Origin: a virus | Lineage: Duplodnaviria; Caudoviricetes | Length of the DNA stretch: 64,000 nt | Virus record (IMG/VR): IMGVR_UViG_2929656146_000003 | Location: 14,215-78,214 of that record | Direction: 5' to 3' (one strand) | In this document: in pieces, positions 1-10,298 of the stretch | How the letters are laid out: every line of letters begins with the position of its first letter | How positions within the stretch are numbered: the stretch's first letter is position 1 | Position numbers and translations under genes: made by a program | Notes under the pieces: model-generated | The model's input: only the letters and a program-made list of their open reading frames with translations | The model's database searches: none | What the model was told of the DNA's origin: nothing

Positions 1-883
1 CGAGGGTGGAGAGGGTCAGTCCTCGTTGCGGGCTGACGAACTGCGACAGGGCCAGCTGGGCCCGAACCGACGCGTTGCTCTGCGAGGTGCCGGACTCGGA
101 CACCATCCGCGTGAGCCTGACCGTGTTCCCGTGGATGTCCTTGTACGGGTTGAATGCCGGGTTGATGTCCGCCGAGCCGGTCGAGATCGAAGCGCCCTCG
201 CCCTGCGCGAGAAGGATCACGCGTGTCGTGAAATCGTCCAGATCCTCCTGGTAGTTGAGCTGGCCGGGCAGCGCGCGCAGGCTCATGTCCTGGCCGGCGC
301 CGCGCCGCACGATCGCGCACTCCGGAACCGTGGTGAACAGGTTGCTCTCCGGGCCCGCGTCGAGGGTGCCGGTCCCGTTCACCCGCCAGCTGACGGGCAC
401 GGACGTAGTAGACATGGTGGTGCACACGTACTGGATGGCCCTGCGGGGGGTCTCCCACTGGTGGGTGCCGGTGTACGTGCCCGCGACCGAGTAGAGGGTG
501 CCCTCCGTGACGGCCCCGGAGGCCGGCAGCAGGCCGCGGATCGTGTTGGCGAACGACGCGGACGCGAAGGGCGTGCTGTTCTCCAGCACGCTGCCCTTGT
601 CGTCCTCATCACCCAACCAGGCGGCCATGCCGACGCCGCCGACGGTGACCTTGTCACCGACCGCCTTCGTGCGGCCGTCGTCCGCCAAGGTCTTGGTGCG
701 CACCACGCCGACGTACTTGGCCGCGGCCAGGAGGTTGTCGCCCGCGGTGCGGACGTCGACCCGGCCGGGCACGATCGCCACGTGCCCGAACTCGACGAGG
801 GCGTCGAGGACATCGCGGGGTGTGGCCGGCTTGAGGTCGATCTGCCAGCGGCCGAGTGCGGTGAGGACATCAGTTACCGGCAT
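1..883 (-). CDS. Minor tail protein (partial, runs off window edge)
   Basis: Not in ORF track. ATG at 883 opens a frame MPVTDVLTALGRWQIDLKPATPRDVLDALVEFGHV... that stays open to the window edge; second gene downstream of the tape measure gene. Confidence 0.75.
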   Translation of the reverse strand, partial: MPVTDVLTALGRWQIDLKPATPRDVLDALVEFGHVAIVPGRVDVRTAGDNLLAAAKYVGVVRTKTLADDGRTKAVGDKVTVGGVGMAAWLGDEDDKGSVLENSTPFASASFANTIRGLLPASGAVTEGTLYSVAGTYTGTHQWETPRRAIQYVCTTMSTTSVPVSWRVNGTGTLDAGPESNLFTTVPECAIVRRGAGQDMSLRALPGQLNYQEDLDDFTTRVILLAQGEGASISTGSADINPAFNPYKDIHGNTVRLTRMVSESGTSQSNASVRAQLALSQFVSPQRGLTLSTL

Positions 884-887
884 CGGA

Positions 888-2105
888 TCAGCGCCTCACT
901 ACGTAGGTGCTCTCGGCGAGGGCGCCGATGTACTGATTCCGGAGGTCGGTTGCGGCGTCCCCCGCGACTGCGGATCCTCCGCCCGCGACGATCCCGAGCC
1001 AGAAGTCGAGCGTCGCAGTGGAGGTCTTGCTGACTCCGAGGTTGGCGTGCGCGCTGAAGCTGCGCGCCGACCCGGCCGCAGCCCGGTTCCCGTCACTGTC
1101 ATTGCCGGTCGCGACGACGTACCCGGACGCTGCGACGCTGGTGTTGGTCTCCGAGGTGCGCAGGTACACGGCGAGCGTGGATGAGGAGCCGGACTGCAGG
1201 TAGCCCTCGACGATGCGGGACCCGCGGCGCAGGGTGAGGTCGAGGGTTGCCCGGCCGGGGGAGCGGGGCGCGGTCAGACGCAGGATGCACTGCTCGGGGT
1301 CGTTGCGAAGGATCGTTGCGGTGTCCCAAGCGGCGACGTTGGCGCCGCCGACTGTGATGTTCCACTGCTTGGAGTGCCAGGCGCCGCCCGTGTAGGACTG
1401 CACGTCGATCACGCCGGCCGACGCGGTGGGGGTCACGTTGACGAGGGCGTTGCCCAGGGTCCAGCCACCGGCGGGGAGGGGCTGGGCGGTGCCCTCGATC
1501 TCGAAGCCGGCGCCGGACGCGGCGACGGTGTCGTTGATGCGGACCCGGCCGGTGAGGTAGGCGGTGGGGTCGCATCCCCAGCGGGGGCTCGCGCCGGTGG
1601 GGATGCCGCGGTAGACGGTCATGGTCCCGTCGGCGCCGGTGCGGGTCATGGTGGAGGGGCTGGTGGCGCCGGTGTAGTAGGTGGTGTGGCCGATGGGCGG
1701 GGCGTGCCAGGTTTCGCCGGTGAGGGCGAAGTCGTTCGCGCGGACCACGCCGGTGAGCCTGCTCTGCAGGTCGATCTCGCCGACTGCACCGAGGCGTTCG
1801 AGGCTGGCTTTCCAGGTGGAGGTGACGACGTCGTTGACGTACTCCCGCAGCGCTGCGCTGCTCCCCTTCACCGCGTAGTAGCCGTTGCGTTCCGGCTTGT
1901 CCGTCCAGGTCACCGCTACGACGCTGCCCTGGTCCAGGGAGAGGATGTTGTCGTGCCGGGCGACCAACACCGGCCTGGTGAGGGGCGGCGTGGATTCCTG
2001 GCCGTCCAGGTCGAGGGTGCGCATGTCGCCCGCGGTCTCGGTGACAGTGAACGTCTCCCGGAGCTGGGTGCGGCCGAGCTGCAGGGTGCCCCAGGTGTCG
2101 GCCAT
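888..2105 (-). CDS. Minor tail protein (distal-tail position)
   Basis: 405 aa, Thr/Gly-rich; start overlaps the tape measure stop codon. Confidence 0.75.
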   Translation of the reverse strand: MADTWGTLQLGRTQLRETFTVTETAGDMRTLDLDGQESTPPLTRPVLVARHDNILSLDQGSVVAVTWTDKPERNGYYAVKGSSAALREYVNDVVTSTWKASLERLGAVGEIDLQSRLTGVVRANDFALTGETWHAPPIGHTTYYTGATSPSTMTRTGADGTMTVYRGIPTGASPRWGCDPTAYLTGRVRINDTVAASGAGFEIEGTAQPLPAGGWTLGNALVNVTPTASAGVIDVQSYTGGAWHSKQWNITVGGANVAAWDTATILRNDPEQCILRLTAPRSPGRATLDLTLRRGSRIVEGYLQSGSSSTLAVYLRTSETNTSVAASGYVVATGNDSDGNRAAAGSARSFSAHANLGVSKTSTATLDFWLGIVAGGGSAVAGDAATDLRNQYIGALAESTYVVRR

Positions 2106-5100
2106 CAGCGGGCCCTTCCTCGGTCGTAGTCGCGCAGCGCGTCCTTGATCTCGATGACGAGGGCGTCGGCGACGCGACGCCGGTCAGCGGCCGACGACAT
2201 GTCGAAGGATCCAGTGATGTTGATGTTCTGGATGGTGATGCTCCCAGCCGGAGTCTGGACTGAGGGCACGGCGGGCGCTGCCGCGGGTGCGGCGACACCG
2301 CCGGCCTGCGGGGCGGAGAATCCTGCGGGGGCCAGAGCCTGCGTGGAGGCAGAGATCTGAGGGCCGGTGAGGACTCCGAGAGAGGTGCCGCCGATCTGCG
2401 TGGTGATGCCCTGGAGGAGGGACTGGAGGGCGGGCACGCGTCCGGAGATGCCCGACATAAGGCCGTCCATCAGTAGGCCACCAGCGGGGCGCAGCAGCTT
2501 GGCGTCCCTCTCTGGGGGCCCCTTCTTGATGGGGATCATGTCGGTGATGCTGCCGAGCAAGTTGGTCAGGCCGCTGATCTTTGACTTGATGCCGTCGATC
2601 AGGCCGCTGATGACCTGCTTGCCTGCGTTGAGGAGCAGGCTGCCGAGGTCGCCGATGGCGTCGAGGATGTGGCCGGGCAGGTCGCTGAAAAAGTCGGTGA
2701 TGTCGGAGCGGTGATCGCGGAGCCAGTTGACGCCCGCGCGGATCGCCCGGCCGAACACTTCGATGAGCTTCTGGTCGAGGCTGATGATCGCGTCGAAGAT
2801 CTTGCCGGGCAGCTCGATGAACAGCCTGATTGCCTCGTTGATCATTCCCTTGACGAGCTCCTTGGCGCTCTCGAAGGCGCCGTGGAAGTCGCCCTGCAGC
2901 AAGGCTGTGATCACGTGGATGGCGGGGACCACGATGTTCTGGATGTACGCGGCCAGCTCACCCGCCAGGATCGACGCAAGCTGACCGATCGTCTGGATGA
3001 TCGGCAGGAGCACGGGCATCAGGGCACCGAGGAGCGGGCCGATCAGCTGGGCGAGAGCGACGAGGAGCGGGGCCAGTGCGGTCACCACGGAGAGCAACGC
3101 GGTCGACAGCTCGTTGATCGCGGGCTGCAGTGCAGTCAGGAGCTGCGCGAAAACTGGCAGCACCGCAGTGATGATCTCAGTGAAGACCGCCATGAGTGGC
3201 GGCATCACCTGTGTGACCAGCGCGGTAAAGATCGGCAGGAGGGCGGAGCCGACGGTGCTGGCGATCTGCGCGAAGATCGGCGCGAGCCCCTGGATGGCCA
3301 GCGTCAGCGCGTTGATCATCGGGGTGAGGATCGGCAACGCCGCGGCGATCAGCTGGCCGAGCAACGTGATCACAGGGGCGAGAGCGACAGCAAGCGCGGA
3401 CACGGCCTGAGCCGCTGCCGTCAGCACCGGACCAAGCGCGCTGGTGATCGACGAAAGCGCCGGCCCGAGCGCACGGAGAAGTGCGTTGAAGCCGGGTTCC
3501 AACGCCTGGACTACCGGGCCGAGTGCCATCAGGGCCTGCCCCAGGAGCGGCACCACGGTCCCTGCGATCTGGTTCAGGATGCGGAAGAGTGAGGTGAGTC
3601 CGGCTTGCATCTCCGGCGAACCGGTGATCCGCCGCAGCTCTGCGAACGCCGCGCCAAGAGCACCGAGCGCGTCCCCGCCTGCGGCTCCGGCTGCCTTGAG
3701 GATGTTCCCGACTGTGCCGCCGATGTCGAAGATCAACTTGCCGAACTGCTTCGCGACCTCCATCGCCTGATTGATCGCCTCAGTGAGACGTCCCGACTTG
3801 AACGCCTCGTTAAGGCGCGTCGAGAATGCGGTCGCAGTCTCTCCGATCGCCGACGTAATCCTCTGAAACGCGGGACCCGCCGCCGCCGTCAGCGTCGTGA
3901 ACATGCTGATCAGGTCGCCCGGGGCCTTCTGCAGCGGCTTCAAGCCCTCGTTGACGCTGGCGAACGCGGCCTTCAGGGCGCCGATCTTGCTGAGCTTGTC
4001 AACCGCGTCCAGCGCATTGAGGCCCATCTGGTTCAGTACCCCGGCGGTACCCACCATCCCGGCCCGCAGGTCAGGCAGGACCTGATGAGCCACTGAAGTG
4101 AGCTTGGCGCCGAACCCCTCGAACAGCTGCTGCTGCACGTCCAGCTTGAGCGCGTTCCACGCCGGCGCCAGGGCCTTGACGGCCTCGACGAACTCCCGCG
4201 CGCTCGGCGCCAGCTTGGCCATCGCATCCGCGTACGCGTTTGCCCCGGCAGCACCCGCAGCAGTCTGCTTCGTCTGAGCGTCGGCCAGCTCCTCCTGTGC
4301 CCTGGCCAGCTCCTCCTGGGCCTTGGCGATCCGCTGATTGCCCTCCACCGCCGCATCGACAGCGGCCTGCCGGGCATCCGCGAGATCACGCTCCGACCGG
4401 GCGATGTCCTGCTGGTTCTCCTGCTGTGTGCGAGCAGCCTCGGTCTGCGCGTCGCCGAGCTCCTGCGTTGCATCAGTGGTGTCCTGCGTGGCCTGCGTCA
4501 CCTGCTCCTGCGCAGACCGGACACCGTCACTGCCCTCAACTCCGGCCGCGGCGGCCTGCCGCTGCTCATCCGCGAGCCGACTGTTTTCCAGCCGCTGCTC
4601 CTGCAGCGACTGCACGGCCTGGTCGTACGCGAGTTGGGCGCGCTCTATCTGGTCTGCGGTGGCGCCGGAGCCCTCACGCTTGACGCTGGCAAGCGCCGCC
4701 TCGGCATCGGCGACCTGAATGACGTCTTCACGTTCCTGTAGCCGGCCATCCGCCACTCGGTTGGCGAGGTCTTCCAGATCCTGCGCGGCCTGGCGGCGGG
4801 CAGCGTCCAGGTCCTGTTGCGCGCGCAGTGCCTTGGCCTGTGCGTCGGTGAGGCGGCGTTCGGCCGTCTCGACGTCTCGCAGGGCCTTGGCGGAGCGGTC
4901 GGCGGCCTGTTGCCGGGTGTTCGCGAGGGCCTGTTCGGCGTCACCGACATCCCTGTTGGCCTTGGCGACGCGTCGGGCGGCTTCCTCTGTGGCCTGCGCG
5001 ACGTTCTGCTTGGCGTCCGCGACCTGACGCTCGGCGCCCCGGATGGCCTTGGCCATCTCGGCGGCGCCCCCGCCACCTCCACCCCCGCCGCCGCCGGCTG

Positions 5101-5926
5101 GGGCGAATGCGGCTTTGAACGCCCCGCCGAGGCCGCCGAGGCCGACCTTGAGCGTGCCGAGGATCGCCCCCAGGGAGGCGATTGCCGGCGCCGCGGCGGC
5201 TGCCGCCGGGCCCATCGCGACTATTGCCTGCCCCAGGCTGGCCAGCGTCGGCAGTGCGGTGAGTGCCGCGCCGATGAGCATGCCGATCCGGCTGCCCAGC
5301 ATGCCGATCCCGCCGGCAGCGCCCCCGCTGCTCCCACCAATCCGGGACAGCAGCCCCGACAGTCCTGACAGCCCGTCGGCGTCGACGTCGACCCTGATCC
5401 TGCGGTTACGGGTCAGCGCGTCGAGGCGGGCACGCGTGTCACCCGCTATGAGCTGGGAACGGATCTCGATCCGCTGGTCACGTGTGAGACGCGACAATTG
5501 GTTGAGGTACTGGTCGGCCTGCATCTGGGCACGGATGTGGACGACCTGGTCGCGGGTGATTCGGGCGAGCTGGGTGAGGTAGTTGGTGGCGTCAAGGACC
5601 GCAGTGATGCGAACGACCTGGTCACGGGTCAGCTTTGACAGTTGAGCGAGGTAGGTGCCGGTGTCCAGTTCGGGTTGCACCCGCACCTTGAGCCGGTTGC
5701 CGAGCTCGGCCAGCTGGGCTTTGGCAACGGTGTCATCGAGCTGGGCCTTGAGCTGCACGGTAAGAGGGCGAGCGAGACGAGAGAGCTGCGCCTTCGCGGT
5801 GGTGTCGCTGAGCTTGACGAGCGCCTCGATGTCCAGCTTGTCGCCGAGCAGACGCCGCTTGTCAGCCTCGTACTTCGACTTGTCCATCGACACTTCGACA
5901 TAGCCTTCGGCGACTCTGAACGCCAC
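2105..5926 (-). CDS. Tape measure protein
   Basis: 1273 aa, Ala/Leu-rich with coiled-coil and amphipathic repeats; N-terminal 'VAEGYVEV'; follows the tail chaperones. Confidence 0.93.
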   Translation of the reverse strand: MAFRVAEGYVEVSMDKSKYEADKRRLLGDKLDIEALVKLSDTTAKAQLSRLARPLTVQLKAQLDDTVAKAQLAELGNRLKVRVQPELDTGTYLAQLSKLTRDQVVRITAVLDATNYLTQLARITRDQVVHIRAQMQADQYLNQLSRLTRDQRIEIRSQLIAGDTRARLDALTRNRRIRVDVDADGLSGLSGLLSRIGGSSGGAAGGIGMLGSRIGMLIGAALTALPTLASLGQAIVAMGPAAAAAAPAIASLGAILGTLKVGLGGLGGAFKAAFAPAGGGGGGGGGGAAEMAKAIRGAERQVADAKQNVAQATEEAARRVAKANRDVGDAEQALANTRQQAADRSAKALRDVETAERRLTDAQAKALRAQQDLDAARRQAAQDLEDLANRVADGRLQEREDVIQVADAEAALASVKREGSGATADQIERAQLAYDQAVQSLQEQRLENSRLADEQRQAAAAGVEGSDGVRSAQEQVTQATQDTTDATQELGDAQTEAARTQQENQQDIARSERDLADARQAAVDAAVEGNQRIAKAQEELARAQEELADAQTKQTAAGAAGANAYADAMAKLAPSAREFVEAVKALAPAWNALKLDVQQQLFEGFGAKLTSVAHQVLPDLRAGMVGTAGVLNQMGLNALDAVDKLSKIGALKAAFASVNEGLKPLQKAPGDLISMFTTLTAAAGPAFQRITSAIGETATAFSTRLNEAFKSGRLTEAINQAMEVAKQFGKLIFDIGGTVGNILKAAGAAGGDALGALGAAFAELRRITGSPEMQAGLTSLFRILNQIAGTVVPLLGQALMALGPVVQALEPGFNALLRALGPALSSITSALGPVLTAAAQAVSALAVALAPVITLLGQLIAAALPILTPMINALTLAIQGLAPIFAQIASTVGSALLPIFTALVTQVMPPLMAVFTEIITAVLPVFAQLLTALQPAINELSTALLSVVTALAPLLVALAQLIGPLLGALMPVLLPIIQTIGQLASILAGELAAYIQNIVVPAIHVITALLQGDFHGAFESAKELVKGMINEAIRLFIELPGKIFDAIISLDQKLIEVFGRAIRAGVNWLRDHRSDITDFFSDLPGHILDAIGDLGSLLLNAGKQVISGLIDGIKSKISGLTNLLGSITDMIPIKKGPPERDAKLLRPAGGLLMDGLMSGISGRVPALQSLLQGITTQIGGTSLGVLTGPQISASTQALAPAGFSAPQAGGVAAPAAAPAVPSVQTPAGSITIQNINITGSFDMSSAADRRRVADALVIEIKDALRDYDRGRAR

Positions 5927-5943
5927 TGCCGCTCACCTCCTCC

Positions 5944-6273
5944 CTAATCGGCCACTCGTGTCACGCTCACCAGCCCTGGGTGAGCCAGCCTGAGTTCGGT
6001 CAGGTCCATCTCCCGCTCGCCACTGTTGGCGGGAGGCTGCTGCATTGGCTGGCCCGCGTCTCTCTGCTCTTCGATCCGCCGGGCCATCACTCCGCCGTAC
6101 GCGGCGACTCGCTGCGCCAGCCGCACCCACCTGGGGCCGTCCAGCTCCGCTTGGTCCAGCCCGTAGTGGGCCTGGAAGTCGGCCTCCAAGTCGTCTACGT
6201 GGTCGACCATCCAGCCCGCCCGCTCCAGCAGCTCGCCGATCGGCCTCGACCAGGTCAGGCCTGGTCTTTTCCC
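5944..6273 (-). CDS. Tail assembly chaperone, -1 frameshift extension (gpGT-like)
   Basis: The -1 frame after GGGAAAA reads KRPGLTWSRPIGELLERAGWMVDHVDDLEADFQAHYG...VTRVAD and ends 17 bp before the tape measure start. Confidence 0.8.
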   Translation of the reverse strand, partial: GKRPGLTWSRPIGELLERAGWMVDHVDDLEADFQAHYGLDQAELDGPRWVRLAQRVAAYGGVMARRIEEQRDAGQPMQQPPANSGEREMDLTELRLAHPGLVSVTRVAD

Positions 6274-6629
6274 GAGTCCTCCGGGCCGGCGATGTGGTGG
6301 GTGACGGCTCGCAGGATCTGATCCATCTCCTCCTCGCGGACGTCGTCGGACTGCTCCAGCGCCTCGTATGCCTCGGGCCCGAGGAGTCGTTCGAGGATCC
6401 GCTGTGCGGCCGCGGACTCGCCGAGGGTGCGGGCGAGGCGCAGGTACTCCAGCGTCATGCCCTGGCTGATCCGTGCGGGGATCCGGTAGGGCTGGTCGTC
6501 GAGGTAGAAGAGGACGATGCCGTCGTCGGTCGGCCTGGCCTTGCGGCCGATGCGAACCGGTTCGAACGGCGCCGACTCGGCGGTCACCGGGGCCTTGGTC
6601 GGGCGCTTGGTTGGGGTGCGGGTTGCCAT
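6255..6629 (-). CDS. Tail assembly chaperone (gpG-like)
   Basis: 124 aa between major tail and tape measure genes; ends ...SGKDQA over the slippery site. Confidence 0.85.
   Translation of the reverse strand: MATRTPTKRPTKAPVTAESAPFEPVRIGRKARPTDDGIVLFYLDDQPYRIPARISQGMTLEYLRLARTLGESAAAQRILERLLGPEAYEALEQSDDVREEEMDQILRAVTHHIAGPEDSGKDQA
6267..6273 (-). other. Programmed -1 ribosomal frameshift site G GGA AAA
   Basis: TTTTCCC on plus = GGGAAAA on minus, in X XXY YYZ phase (TCG GGA AAA). Confidence 0.85.
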
Positions 6630-6695
6630 CGGTGTGCTCCAGGGATGGGGTGGAGGGCTTGGTGGGGCGGCGTCGGCCGCCGCCGCTTGGGGTTG

Positions 6696-7262
6696 CTAGG
6701 ACGTGGCCTCGGCGATGTGCAGTGGCGCGATCACGGAAGTGACGTAGTGCGCGCTGAACTTGGCCTTGAGTACGGTCTGCTTGTCCTTGGTGTAGGCCAC
6801 CTCGACGGACTCGGTGTTCAGCACCTTGCGGACGATGACCCTGCGTCGGTAGGAGTTGGCTCCCCAGCCGTCGAAGAGCAGCGCGGTGTAGTTCGGCTGC
6901 GTCGCGCTGGACGCGAAGTTCGGCTCCAGGGTCTTGTAGCCCGCGCCGGACGCGGCGGTGCCGCCGTTCATCAGGACGCTGAGGTTCTCCAACGTCGCCT
7001 CCGCCAACGACGTTTCGATGCTCATGTCCCGCTTCGTCAAGCGGCTGCCTGCGCGGTCGACGATCTGGTCGACTTCCAGTGCGGTGTACGTCTGGTCGAT
7101 CGTCAGTTTGACGCCGTCCATCGTGCCGCCCATGTCCGTCCATGCGGATGCGGCTGGGGTGGCGTTGATCGCGACGTTGGTGTCGGCCGGCTCCGCTGCG
7201 CCGAACGCCCCCTGGTAGAGGGTGGCGGGGCCGAGCAGCAGGTTGGCGGTGGTCACTGCCAT
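6696..7262 (-). CDS. Major tail (tube) protein
   Basis: 188 aa; 'LLLGPATLY...WTDMGGTMDGV...EVDQIVD...SLAEATLENL' is typical of actinophage tail tubes; gene order fits. Confidence 0.85.
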   Translation of the reverse strand: MAVTTANLLLGPATLYQGAFGAAEPADTNVAINATPAASAWTDMGGTMDGVKLTIDQTYTALEVDQIVDRAGSRLTKRDMSIETSLAEATLENLSVLMNGGTAASGAGYKTLEPNFASSATQPNYTALLFDGWGANSYRRRVIVRKVLNTESVEVAYTKDKQTVLKAKFSAHYVTSVIAPLHIAEATS

Positions 7263-7326
7263 GGGTCAGTCCTCCAGGACACGGTGTGGGCGGCGTGCGG
7301 GGTGGAGGGGCCCCTGGTGTGACGGG

Positions 7327-7554
7327 TCATCGGTAGTCCTCCCGACGAAGCGGGAAGCGGTGATGGGCGAACTGCGGGTGGCAGGAGAGCGGGATGGTCT
7401 GCTCGTCGGGGATGTTCCGAGGGCACGGAACGGCGCGGGCACCGGTGATGAGGAACTCCAGTTCGCCCCGGTGGTTGTGGACGAGGACTCGGCCGCGCCA
7501 CGTTAGGAGATCCCGGCTGGTCTCCCCCTGCAGCGCCCACCGCTCGGCGGTCAT
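7327..7554 (-). CDS. Small hypothetical protein in tail module
   Basis: MTAERWALQGETSRDLL...; ATGA overlap with upstream stop codon. Confidence 0.6.
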   Translation of the reverse strand: MTAERWALQGETSRDLLTWRGRVLVHNHRGELEFLITGARAVPCPRNIPDEQTIPLSCHPQFAHHRFPLRREDYR

Positions 7555-7997
7555 GGCGTCACCTCGACCCAGTTCACGGACAGGCCGAGATTGATGCGGG
7601 CGTACGACGCTTCGTCGTCCGGCACCCGCCGCGGCTCGTACGTCGAGTACGCGGACAGCACGCGGGCCTGCGGGTAGTTGCCGGGCAGGGTCAGCAGCCG
7701 CGGGGTGCCGGGGTGGTCCCAGCACGCCGCCTGGATCCGCTCGGCCAGCACCGACGCCTTGTTCCACGGCGGCCGGCCCGACGAAGGGGCAACGGCCCAG
7801 CAGTCCACGGAGACGACGGGGGAGCGCATCGGCACGTACGGGTCCGCACTGCCGCCGATGGTGGCGACGGTGACGAACCCGGATGCCGCCCACGTCGAGT
7901 TGTCGCGGGGGAGGGTGGTGGCGACGATGTCGCCGACCACGTCGTGCAGCCACGCGACGGTGACGAGCTCGGTGGTGGCCCGCAGGATCGTGGTCAT
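7551..7997 (-). CDS. Tail terminator / completion protein
   Basis: 148 aa with 'PVVSVDCWA'; lies between HK97 gp10-like gene and tail tube gene. Confidence 0.65.
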   Translation of the reverse strand: MTTILRATTELVTVAWLHDVVGDIVATTLPRDNSTWAASGFVTVATIGGSADPYVPMRSPVVSVDCWAVAPSSGRPPWNKASVLAERIQAACWDHPGTPRLLTLPGNYPQARVLSAYSTYEPRRVPDDEASYARINLGLSVNWVEVTP

Positions 7998-8353
7998 CGC
8001 AGTGCCCACTGCTGCAGCAGGGCCGGCCGCAGGAACGGGAACGCGGGCGTGCCGGGGTGGTTGACCTGGGCGACGGGATGGTCGGCGCCCTCCCAGTACA
8101 AGGCCTTCGCGGTCTTCGGCCGGATGATGTGCGGGCCGGTTCCGTACTCGACGTACCGCCAGTAGTCGACGTCGGTGGACACCCGCATCGTCAGCCCGTC
8201 GACCTCCGAGAGGATCGACTGCTTGAGGCGGCCCGTATTCACCCGCGCCAGTCCCTGCGCTGCGGCGGCCATGTCCTGTCCGAGGTGCACCATGACGCGG
8301 TGCAGCTCGACGTCCAGATGGGCGTCGGCGCTCGGGTCGAGACGTATCGACAT
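7994..8353 (-). CDS. HK97 gp10-like tail completion protein
   Basis: 'VNTGRLKQSI...YWRYVEYGT...HPGTPAFPFLRPAL' motif. Confidence 0.85.
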   Translation of the reverse strand: MSIRLDPSADAHLDVELHRVMVHLGQDMAAAAQGLARVNTGRLKQSILSEVDGLTMRVSTDVDYWRYVEYGTGPHIIRPKTAKALYWEGADHPVAQVNHPGTPAFPFLRPALLQQWALR

Positions 8354-8420
8354 GGTCCGCCGTCCTCTCCGGATCGTCGGGGTTGGGTGGCCGCCCGGTC
8401 TCCCCGGGCTCACGGCCGCT

Positions 8421-8756
8421 TCAGTTGATGAGCTTGAGGTCCAGGCGGAGCATCGGTGTGAACCCGACCGCGCTGGGTTGGGTGACTGCGGTGATCTCGT
8501 AGATGCGGCCGGTCCGGTCGTCCCGCAGCCGGTCTTCCTCGGTGACGTCGGTGCCGGGTCGGACGCGGGCGACGGCGTACCGCACGACCCGGGGCGTCGG
8601 GTTGTTCGGTGTCGTGATGGTGCGGGAGCCTTCGATCAGGCTGGCGGGGATGCGGGTCTGGGCGTCAGCGCCGGCTTCGACGGGCAGATCAACATCATCG
8701 TTATACGGATCACTGGAGGTTCCGCGCAGGACCGTCACGGTGGTGGTGGCGATCAC
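8421..8756 (-). CDS. Head closure / stopper protein
   Basis: 'TVTVLRG...DVTEEDRLRD...YEITAV' pattern; GTGA-coupled to the adaptor gene. Confidence 0.7.
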   Translation of the reverse strand: MIATTTVTVLRGTSSDPYNDDVDLPVEAGADAQTRIPASLIEGSRTITTPNNPTPRVVRYAVARVRPGTDVTEEDRLRDDRTGRIYEITAVTQPSAVGFTPMLRLDLKLIN

Positions 8757-9196
8757 CGCAGCGGACTCCAAGTCATGTCGTCATCCGAGCCGTCCGTCAG
8801 CGGGTTGATGCCGTAGTTGCTACTGCCGTCGACGAACGGAGAACGGATGTGAATGGTCCTGGAGCGTCGCCACGAGAGGCGGTTGATCGCGCGGGCGGCC
8901 ATCGGAGCCAGCACCACGGCGTCGGCCGTGAGGTTCGCCGAGATGCCGTCCTGCGTGGACGAGGTGAGATCCATCCGCGACTCCAGGCCGGCCTGCTGCG
9001 CCGCCCACACCGCCTGGTAGGCCACAGCCCGGCCGAGCCAGTACAGGTCCCGGGGGCGGATCCTGGCCGTGTCGGCGTACGTGCGGCCGGTCATGACTTC
9101 GATCGCCGCCTGCGCGGTCAGGACCTGGACGTCCGTGGCCTCGGCGCCAGTGACGGCGAGCACCGTATCGGTGTCGGTCCACGCCTGAATGGTCAT
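8753..9196 (-). CDS. Head-tail adaptor
   Basis: Directly after capsid gene; helical 'AQAAIE...LGRAVAYQA...LAPMAARAI'. Confidence 0.7.
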   Translation of the reverse strand: MTIQAWTDTDTVLAVTGAEATDVQVLTAQAAIEVMTGRTYADTARIRPRDLYWLGRAVAYQAVWAAQQAGLESRMDLTSSTQDGISANLTADAVVLAPMAARAINRLSWRRSRTIHIRSPFVDGSSNYGINPLTDGSDDDMTWSPLR

Positions 9197-9259
9197 CGCA
9201 GCCTCCGGCTGGGCCCGCGCCACCCGGGGGACGGGCGGCACGGGCGAAGAGGGGCGGTG

Positions 9260-10168
9260 TCAGCCGACGAGGATGGACGCGGCCGCCGGGTGGCCGTACG
9301 CCCAGCCGCGGCGAGCCCGCATCTTGAGGATGGACTCGTCGGTCAGGGCGCTGAGTCCGTCCCGGCCGTCGATGACGACGGACTCGGGGCCGGAGCGGAC
9401 ACCGAGGAGCATCATGTCCGTGCGGACGAACGCCATGATCGGGCGGCCGGTGGGCGCGCTGGTTGCGGTGGCGGAGGTGCGGGCACCGAGCGACCAGTGG
9501 ATCTGCACGCCGAAGATGGTGTCCGGGGTGCCGGCGAGGCCCTGCACGAAGATCGGCTCGTTGGTGGTGTCGAGAACGCCGCGCAGGTACTTCCGGAACG
9601 CGGGGTGGGCGATCGCGACGGTCGTCGACGGATCGAAGTAGTCGCCGGCCTCCACGTTGCCGAGCGCGGTCGAGTACTCCAGGTAGGTCGCGTTCCCGGC
9701 GGTCGCGGCGACAGTGATGTTGCTGCTCGCCGTGTAACCGAGGTTGCTGTCCGTCTGGGACAGCAGGTAGTACAGGCTGGTGAACGGGATGCCAGTGCCG
9801 GCCGCAGCGGTGACGGCGAGGCACGAGTTGTCGAGGATCTTCGCGTACGAGGTGCCCCAGTCGGTCATCTTGGTGGCGATGACGTTGGCGACGGAGTCGT
9901 CGACATCCTCCTCGGCCAGGCGCACGACCTTGCCGAACTTCTTGACGCTGAGGACCACTTCGTCGTTGGAACTCGCGTCCTCGCCGTACGTGCCGCCCTT
10001 ATCGACGACGTCGACGCCCATGCCCGCGGAGCGCGGGACGTGCCGGGTGTCGGTCGACATGGGGGTGCGGGCCGCGAGCGACTCGACCGCGGAGACCTGG
10101 TTGATGCGCTGGATGACCTTGGAGTCCCACTCCTCGGGAATCCACGCTTCGAGGGTGTTGCGTGCCAC
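9260..10168 (-). CDS. Major capsid protein (HK97 fold)
   Basis: 302 aa, 'WIPEEWDSKVI...' start and 'ILKMRARRGW...P.AASIL' end; follows scaffold gene. Confidence 0.92.
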   Translation of the reverse strand: MARNTLEAWIPEEWDSKVIQRINQVSAVESLAARTPMSTDTRHVPRSAGMGVDVVDKGGTYGEDASSNDEVVLSVKKFGKVVRLAEEDVDDSVANVIATKMTDWGTSYAKILDNSCLAVTAAAGTGIPFTSLYYLLSQTDSNLGYTASSNITVAATAGNATYLEYSTALGNVEAGDYFDPSTTVAIAHPAFRKYLRGVLDTTNEPIFVQGLAGTPDTIFGVQIHWSLGARTSATATSAPTGRPIMAFVRTDMMLLGVRSGPESVVIDGRDGLSALTDESILKMRARRGWAYGHPAAASILVG

Positions 10169-10298
10169 GGGTGCCCTCCTGGGGCGGTGATGGGGCTGAG
10201 AAGACGGTGGGCTCGGGCCCCATCACGGGCGCCTCGGGCGGACGTTCACGCGCCGGGTCGATCTCCGACCGGGCACGTGATCACGCTAGGTGGGCGGG

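Noticed and set aside
5063-5103. Poly-Gly tract in the tape measure gene as a contingency repeat
   Set aside because: Mixed Gly codons rather than a simple-sequence repeat; a common linker.
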